Positions 15,991-20,000 of a stretch of 20,000 nucleotides of DNA are shown here, one piece after another; position 1 is the first letter of the stretch; every line of letters begins with the position of its first letter. Source of the stretch: an uncultured virus (IMG/VR IMGVR_UViG_3300042306_000801) (taxonomy: Duplodnaviria > Heunggongvirae > Uroviricota > Caudoviricetes); IMG/VR virus record IMGVR_UViG_3300042306_000801; one strand, written 5' to 3'. The notes beneath the pieces are model-generated. The model saw only the letters and a program-made list of their open reading frames with translations, had not been told where the DNA came from and ran no database searches. A program made the position numbers and the translations under genes.

Positions 15991-16049
15991 GATAAAGGAG
16001 TATCGCCTAACGTAAGAGTTGGGAAGGTGGTTCGATTCCACATTTTATT
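15991..16049 (+). ncRNA. D-armless tRNA-like element or tRNA pseudogene
   Basis: ATAAAG/TTTTAT acceptor-like stem, CCTAAC-GTAAGA-GTTGGG hairpin, GTGG-TTCGATT-CCAC T arm. Confidence 0.5.
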
Positions 16050-16117
16050 GTGGGGAGATTAGGTAATCCGTTTGGTCTCATAAGCCAGATATTCAGGTTC
16101 GATTCCTGGCCCCGCAA
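16049..16117 (+). tRNA. tRNA-Met (CAT), short D arm
   Basis: TGTGGGG/CCCCGCA acceptor; TTGGT-CTCATAA-GCCAG. Confidence 0.85.
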
Positions 16118-16123
16118 CAATAT

Positions 16124-16198
16124 GGTGTTTGAAGCATTAAGGTGATGCGCTAGTTTGTGGAGCTAGATAAGACGGTTCGATACCGTCCTTACACCCCA
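16124..16198 (+). tRNA. tRNA-His (GTG)
   Basis: G-1:C73, encoded CCA, CTAGT-TTGTGGA-GCTAG; two U-U mismatches in the acceptor stem. Confidence 0.9.
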
Positions 16199-16200
16199 AC

Positions 16201-16289
16201 GGAGAATTGCCCGAGTGGACGATGGGGCCGGTTTGCTAAACCGTTGTACGATGAAAGTTGTACCGTTGGTTCGAATCCAACATTCTCCG
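16201..16289 (+). tRNA. tRNA-Ser (GCT)
   Basis: CCGGT-TTGCTAA-ACCGT, long variable arm, G73. Confidence 0.94.
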
Positions 16290-16305
16290 CATTAAATTGG
16301 ACATT

Positions 16306-16446
16306 ATGAAAAATGATAAGTTTGAAATTAATAGAAGAAGTAATAAGTTATACCGAATAAGAAAAATAATAAGAGAAAACGGAGCTTGTATGATATGTAT
16401 AAGACGTTTGAAAGGTGGTATAAAAAAATATAAAACCTATTGTTAA
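16306..16446 (+). CDS. small basic hypothetical protein (46 aa)
   Basis: ATG 16306 (the track start at 16258 lies inside tRNA-Ser); K/R-rich with CMIC. Confidence 0.45.
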   Translation: MKNDKFEINRRSNKLYRIRKIIRENGACMICIRRLKGGIKKYKTYC

Positions 16447-16452
16447 AATAGA

Positions 16453-16484
16453 TTTGGTTATATCAGATATTATTCGTATATTTG
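16453..16484 (+). promoter_or_regulatory. Bacteroidota-type promoter within the tRNA array
   Basis: TTTG + 20 nt + TATATTTG. Confidence 0.85.
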
Positions 16485-16502
16485 TATAACATTAACATTA
16501 AC

Positions 16503-16574
16503 GCTCTGTTCGACTAAGGGTTAGGTCACATCCCTTTCACGGATGTAATACGGGTTCGAATCCCGTACAGAGTA
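16503..16574 (+). tRNA. tRNA-Glu (TTC)
   Basis: CATCC-CTTTCAC-GGATG. Confidence 0.95.
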
Positions 16575-16581
16575 CAAAGGT

Positions 16582-16667
16582 TGATTGGGATAAGCATATT
16601 AGTATGCATAAATCGGTTAGAAATGCCAATCATAAAAGTAGATGTCCACGCACCCATCTTCTACTTT
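16582..16667 (+). ncRNA. unknown structured spacer RNA
   Basis: TGATTGG/CCAATCA enclosing a GCATA/TATGC hairpin, then AAAGTAG/CTACTTT hairpin. Confidence 0.5.
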
Positions 16668-16674
16668 CCTAAAC

Positions 16675-16748
16675 GCTTCCTTAGCTCAGCAGGCCAGAGC
16701 ACCTCACTTGTAATGAGGGGGTCGTCAGTTCGATTCTGACAGGAAGCT
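16675..16748 (+). tRNA. tRNA-Thr (TGT)
   Basis: CCTCA-CTTGTAA-TGAGG. Confidence 0.95.
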
Positions 16749-16823
16749 CAAACTAATTTATTGAGGACTTTGTCAACCTACGCATGACGTGGTGGTGCAA
16801 TTTAAGATGAGTTGGTTTCAAAT

Positions 16824-16894
16824 GGAGAGTTAGTTAATCGGTATAATGCTGCCTTGTCACGGCAGTGTGACGGGTTCGATTCCCGTACTTTCCG
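16824..16894 (+). tRNA. tRNA-Asp (GTC)
   Basis: CTGCC-TTGTCAC-GGCAG; G73. Confidence 0.94.
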
Positions 16895-16896
16895 CA

Positions 16897-17060
16897 AGTT
16901 GTTCTATTCTTTTAGCACACCTAACTATAAGGTAAGTAACATAGAATAGCATAGATGCTTGGGTAGCTCCCATCGGCAACATTCGGACTACAAATGTGAT
17001 TAAGTTCAGACGTTGTAGAGAAAGAGATGTTAAAGGATAACCTTGCAAGTTAGAACAACT
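16897..17060 (+). ncRNA. unknown ~164-nt structured RNA
   Basis: Perfect 10-bp closing stem AGTTGTTCTA/TAGAACAACT; nested AAGGT/ACCTT, TAACAT/ATGTTA, GATG/CATC, CTACAA/TTGTAG. Confidence 0.6.
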
Positions 17061-17064
17061 ACTT

Positions 17065-17139
17065 GGGCCCATAGTTAAAGGGATATAACAAAAGATTTCT
17101 AATCTTTTATTCGTGGTTCGAGTCCACGTGGGCCTACCA
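17065..17139 (+). tRNA. tRNA-Arg (TCT)
   Basis: AAAGA-TTTCTAA-TCTTT; encoded CCA. Confidence 0.95.
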
Positions 17140-17154
17140 AATAAAAAATAAGTT

Positions 17155-17604
17155 ATGAGAAAAGTTATTCTTTTATTCTTAACTGTTATTATGTTTATTC
17201 CGCATAATATGATTAACTCCGAAATGAGTGAGGAAGAAGTTGCGGACATAATGATAGAAAAGAAAAAGATACCTTATGATGTAGTTACGGTTACAACATA
17301 TACGGTATCAAAAGGCGAAACTGATTCAACTCCACTAATTACCGCAAGTGGTTATAAGTTGGATAGTTTAAATCCTAAAAAGCAAAAGGTAATTGCAATT
17401 AGTAGAGACTTAAAACGAAAGTATAAGTTTGGACAAAAGGTAAGAGTGAAGGGTGCTGGAAAATTAGATGGGGTTTATACTGTCAGAGATTTGATGGCAA
17501 AGAGGTGGACAAAAAAGATTGATATATTAATTAATCCAGATGAAAGTGGAACTAAAATCAGAAGGGTTAAAATATATAATATAAAAAAGGATTTGGATAA
17601 TTAA
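17155..17604 (+). CDS. 3D-domain (MltA-like) cell-wall protein with signal peptide
   Basis: VTVTTY...TDSTPLITASG...IAISRDL...FGQKVRV...VRD...IDILI: three conserved Asp. Confidence 0.85.
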   Translation: MRKVILLFLTVIMFIPHNMINSEMSEEEVADIMIEKKKIPYDVVTVTTYTVSKGETDSTPLITASGYKLDSLNPKKQKVIAISRDLKRKYKFGQKVRVKGAGKLDGVYTVRDLMAKRWTKKIDILINPDESGTKIRRVKIYNIKKDLDN

Positions 17605-17623
17605 ATTATTATTCGTATCTTTG
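17592..17623 (+). promoter_or_regulatory. Bacteroidota-type promoter within the tRNA array
   Basis: TTTG + 20 nt + TATCTTTG. Confidence 0.85.
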
Positions 17624-17648
17624 TATAGTTATTAAAAATAGTATCGCC

Positions 17649-17733
17649 GCCGATGTGGTGTAATGGCAGCCACGAGAGACTTAAAATCTCTTGAACCGAA
17701 GGGTTCGTGCCGGTTCGAGTCCGGCCATCGGTA
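17649..17733 (+). tRNA. tRNA-Leu (TAA)
   Basis: AGAGA-CTTAAAA-TCTCT, long variable arm. Confidence 0.94.
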
Positions 17734-17744
17734 CGTTCAATTAA

Positions 17745-17818
17745 GGGGAAGTAGCTCAGTTGGCTAGAGCACCTGCCTTGCACGCAGGGGGTCATGGGTT
17801 CGAATCCCTTCTTCTCCA
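17745..17818 (+). tRNA. tRNA-Ala (TGC)
   Basis: CCTGC-CTTGCAC-GCAGG; G3:U70. Confidence 0.96.
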
Positions 17819-17822
17819 CATC

Positions 17823-17896
17823 GGACTTGTAGCTCACTCGGTTAGAGCGGCACACTCATAATGTGAAGGTAATAGGTTCGATTCCTATCTGGTCCA
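17823..17896 (+). tRNA. tRNA (CAT), probably Ile2 (lysidine) rather than Met
   Basis: GCACA-CTCATAA-TGTGA; body resembles Ile2 tRNAs; identity is inferred. Confidence 0.85.
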
Positions 17897-17903
17897 CAAA
17901 CAA

Positions 17904-17979
17904 GCGGAAGTAGCTCATTTGGTAGAGCATGACCTTGCCAAGGTCAGGGTGGCCAGTTCGAGCCTGGTCTTCCGCTCCA
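17904..17979 (+). tRNA. tRNA-Gly (GCC)
   Basis: TGACC-TTGCCAA-GGTCA; U73, encoded CCA. Confidence 0.96.
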
Positions 17980-18034
17980 AAGCAGATAAAACGTGTAGTA
18001 ACTGCAGGAATGATATCTTCCACTACACTCTTTA

Positions 18035-18107
18035 GCGAGAGTAGCTCATTTGGTAGAGCGGTAGCCTTCCAAGCTTCAGGTGGCCAGTTCGAGCCTGGTC
18101 TCTCGCT
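18035..18107 (+). tRNA. tRNA-Gly (TCC)
   Basis: GTAGC-CTTCCAA-GCTTC; U73. Confidence 0.93.
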
Positions 18108-18165
18108 CAAGTGGGCCTGTTAGTATTAGGCCGCAAGAAGAATAGATGTTTTTCAATTACTAAAA

Positions 18166-18238
18166 CTCAAGTACCCATACCGCTAGCGATGGGCTAAGTA
18201 AGATACAATTTCGCACTGCGGGAAGTAGAATGCTTGAG
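18166..18238 (+). ncRNA. unknown three-way-junction RNA
   Basis: CTCAAGTA/TGCTTGAG, CCCAT/ATGGG, TTTCGC/GCGGGA. Confidence 0.55.
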
Positions 18239-18243
18239 ATTAT

Positions 18244-18315
18244 TGCCCGATGATGTAATGGTTAGCATCACAGATTTTGATTCTGTTCGTATTGGTTCGA
18301 GTCCAGTTCGGGTAA
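18244..18315 (+). tRNA. tRNA-Gln (TTG)
   Basis: ACAGA-TTTTGAT-TCTGT; U1-A72. Confidence 0.93.
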
Positions 18316-18334
18316 CTCATTAAAAACAAATGTT

Positions 18335-18604
18335 ATGGGAATTTTTTGGACTTATTATTTGATTTGTTTGGCGTATTGTTTATATATGTCATTCAAAAAA
18401 TGGAATAGAGATATGATGGCAGGTGGATTAGGCATTTCGCCTGGTTTAGATACATTGGCTCTATTACTTATGTGTTGGATATTAGCACCAGTAGATATAT
18501 TCTTAACTTGGGTTAGGGTATATAAAGAAGCTGAAGAAGCTAGAAGAAAACATGCTGATACTGAAAATAGTTTAGACGGTAAAAGCGAAGAAAAAGTATT
18601 CTAA
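18335..18604 (+). CDS. hypothetical membrane protein
   Basis: 89 aa with two hydrophobic segments. Confidence 0.7.
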   Translation: MGIFWTYYLICLAYCLYMSFKKWNRDMMAGGLGISPGLDTLALLLMCWILAPVDIFLTWVRVYKEAEEARRKHADTENSLDGKSEEKVF

Positions 18605-18621
18605 TTATTAGAGTACTAAAC

Positions 18622-18706
18622 GGAGAAATGGCAGAGTGGTTGAATGCACCGGTCTTGAAAACCGGCAACTGTAACAGGTTCTGGGGTTCGAATCCCTGTT
18701 TCTCCG
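18622..18706 (+). tRNA. tRNA-Ser (TGA)
   Basis: CCGGT-CTTGAAA-ACCGG, long variable arm. Confidence 0.95.
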
Positions 18707-18713
18707 CAAAAAT

Positions 18714-18884
18714 TGTTAGATGGTGAAATTGGTTATCTATGTTATAACCTGGCAAACACACCCACTCGTCTCGTGGGCGAGGATAAAGAAATAGAAAAGT
18801 AATATGGGGTTGACCACCAGCTTGCAAGCACTAAATGTTACTTTTTGAATCTCCTCTTGTATGGTTCGAATCCTACTCTAACAG
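18714..18884 (+). ncRNA. oversized tRNA-like RNA (171 nt)
   Basis: TGTTAGA/TCTAACA acceptor, D arm with inserted hairpin, CCCAC-TCGTCTC-GTGGG, ~80-nt variable arm, GGTTCGAATCC T loop. Confidence 0.75.
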
Positions 18885-18897
18885 CATACTTATTGTT

Positions 18898-19446
18898 ATG
18901 AACGTTATATTATTTGTTGCATTAGAAAATGAGTTTCCAAAGGAAAAAGCACCAGCTGGTGTTAAAGTTGTTTATACTGGCGTTGGAAAAGTAAATGCAG
19001 CTATAAGAGCAACCGAAACTCTTAAAGATTTAGACCCTAAAGATGTGACCGTTATAAACTATGGAAGTGCGGGTGGACATGCCAATATGGTTGGTAGTTT
19101 ATTTAAGTGTAAAACATTTGTCCAAAATGATATGGACGCCAGACCATTTGCAGATAAAACAATCACACCATTTGATAATGAAATAGTAATGGGTAATATT
19201 GATTTCAATGGATTGGGATATAATATATGTTATACACAAGACCATTTTCAAACCACACCATCTGTAATATGTGATATGGAAGCATACTCAATTGCAAAGG
19301 TATGTAAGATTTATGGATTTGATTTTACTGCATACAAATATGTAAGTGATAGCGGTAATCCGGATGATTGGGAAGCTAATCACAACAAAGGAATTGAATT
19401 ATTTTTAAAATCATTACAAAAATATGCCCTGATGGTGGAACGGTAG
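18898..19446 (+). CDS. MTA/SAH nucleosidase family (PNP_UDP_1)
   Basis: ALENE, TGVGKVNAA, INYGSAG, CDMEAYSIA, KYVSD; start moved to ATG 18898 because 18835 lies in the tRNA-like RNA. Confidence 0.9.
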   Translation: MNVILFVALENEFPKEKAPAGVKVVYTGVGKVNAAIRATETLKDLDPKDVTVINYGSAGGHANMVGSLFKCKTFVQNDMDARPFADKTITPFDNEIVMGNIDFNGLGYNICYTQDHFQTTPSVICDMEAYSIAKVCKIYGFDFTAYKYVSDSGNPDDWEANHNKGIELFLKSLQKYALMVER

Positions 19447-19506
19447 ACACATCAGTTTTAGGAACTGATATCGAGAGGTGTGAGAGTTCGAATCTCTCTT
19501 GGGGCA
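19426..19506 (+). tRNA. tRNA-Leu (TAG)
   Basis: TCAGT-TTTAGGA-ACTGA, variable arm; overlaps the nucleosidase stop. Confidence 0.93.
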
Positions 19507-19522
19507 CAAACAACTTAATAAT

Positions 19523-20000
19523 ATGATAGTATTTTTTAAAGATTATAAACGAACTGATAGAACTTATTTATCGGTTCAATCGGTGAGACATCTTTTTCCT
19601 AATATTGATATAAGATGTCTTTTTTTATATGATAATGATATAAGCGAATACATTCAATACATACCAAAGTTTTTAGAATTAGGAGTATCAATTTATTTTG
19701 ATAAGAAGAAATGGAATTTTGGAAATACATCTGCAGCAGGTTCTACATTAAATGGATTTTACTTTACCGAAGGTATAAATAAAATACAGGCTCTAACTAG
19801 AGAATATGATAAAGTTCTAATATTAGATGAAGATTCATTTTTTACAAGCGGTGAAACAATTAGATTTCTTTTAGATAATACATTTGATTTAGCATGTGGA
19901 GATTGGCCCGCACCACCATGGCCTCCAATTGCATATGCAAGTAGACCATCGTATGAAGTTAATGCATGTACACTTGCAATAAATCCTAAAAAATTAAATC
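19523..20000 (+). CDS. putative GT-A glycosyltransferase (partial, runs off the window)
   Basis: Open frame MIVFFKDYKR...SVQSVRHLFP...YDKVLILDEDSFF with a DxD motif after a hydrophobic strand. Confidence 0.65.
   Translation, partial: MIVFFKDYKRTDRTYLSVQSVRHLFPNIDIRCLFLYDNDISEYIQYIPKFLELGVSIYFDKKKWNFGNTSAAGSTLNGFYFTEGINKIQALTREYDKVLILDEDSFFTSGETIRFLLDNTFDLACGDWPAPPWPPIAYASRPSYEVNACTLAINPKKLN

Noticed and set aside
16761..16821. Structured spacer between tRNA-Thr and tRNA-Asp
   Set aside because: Only weak, G-U-rich pairings (TGTCA/TGACG, TTGAGG/TTTCAA); not enough to call
14730..18827. Track ORFs 14730-14933, 15642-15827, 16857-17249, 17601-17855, 17856-18110, 17929-18123, 18540-18827
   Set aside because: They overlap tRNA genes and are shadow translations
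14689..19506. Theta (HDV-like) ribozymes at tRNA 3' ends
   Set aside because: Inspected the spacers by eye and could not build a full P1/P1.1/P2/P3/J4-2 topology; a descriptor search is needed to exclude them
1..20000. Stop-codon reassignment
   Set aside because: Genes are intact in code 11, end in TAA, TAG or TGA, and no suppressor anticodon (CTA, TCA, TTA) was found

Overview
AT-rich window, every credible gene on the + strand, that looks like part of a large phage genome infecting a Bacteroidota host. The host call rests on ten TTTG-N20-TAnnTTT(G/A) promoters and a Bacteroidota-type IscU; the phage call is an inference from gene content, as no capsid or terminase is visible. 1-12.7 kb is a dense run of small auxiliary metabolic and hypothetical genes: iscU, a PspC-domain gene, iscA, HAD, AAA+ ATPase, TerC, acyl-CoA thioesterase, NAD-dependent epimerase, heme oxygenase plus a PcyA-type bilin reductase, SAM decarboxylase and a PAP2 phosphatase. 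12.7-19.5 kb is an RNA island with tandem promoter/small-RNA cassettes, an ~835-nt GOLLD-like RNA, 26 tRNAs covering all 20 amino acids, several aberrant tRNA-like RNAs and other structured spacers. The most interesting feature is a 53-codon leader ORF (14458-14619) that uses all 20 amino acids. It carries a perfect 10-nt antiterminator for the terminator directly in front of the tRNA array, making it a candidate attenuator that switches on phage tRNAs when translation stalls. All calls are by eye; no searches or folding programs were run.
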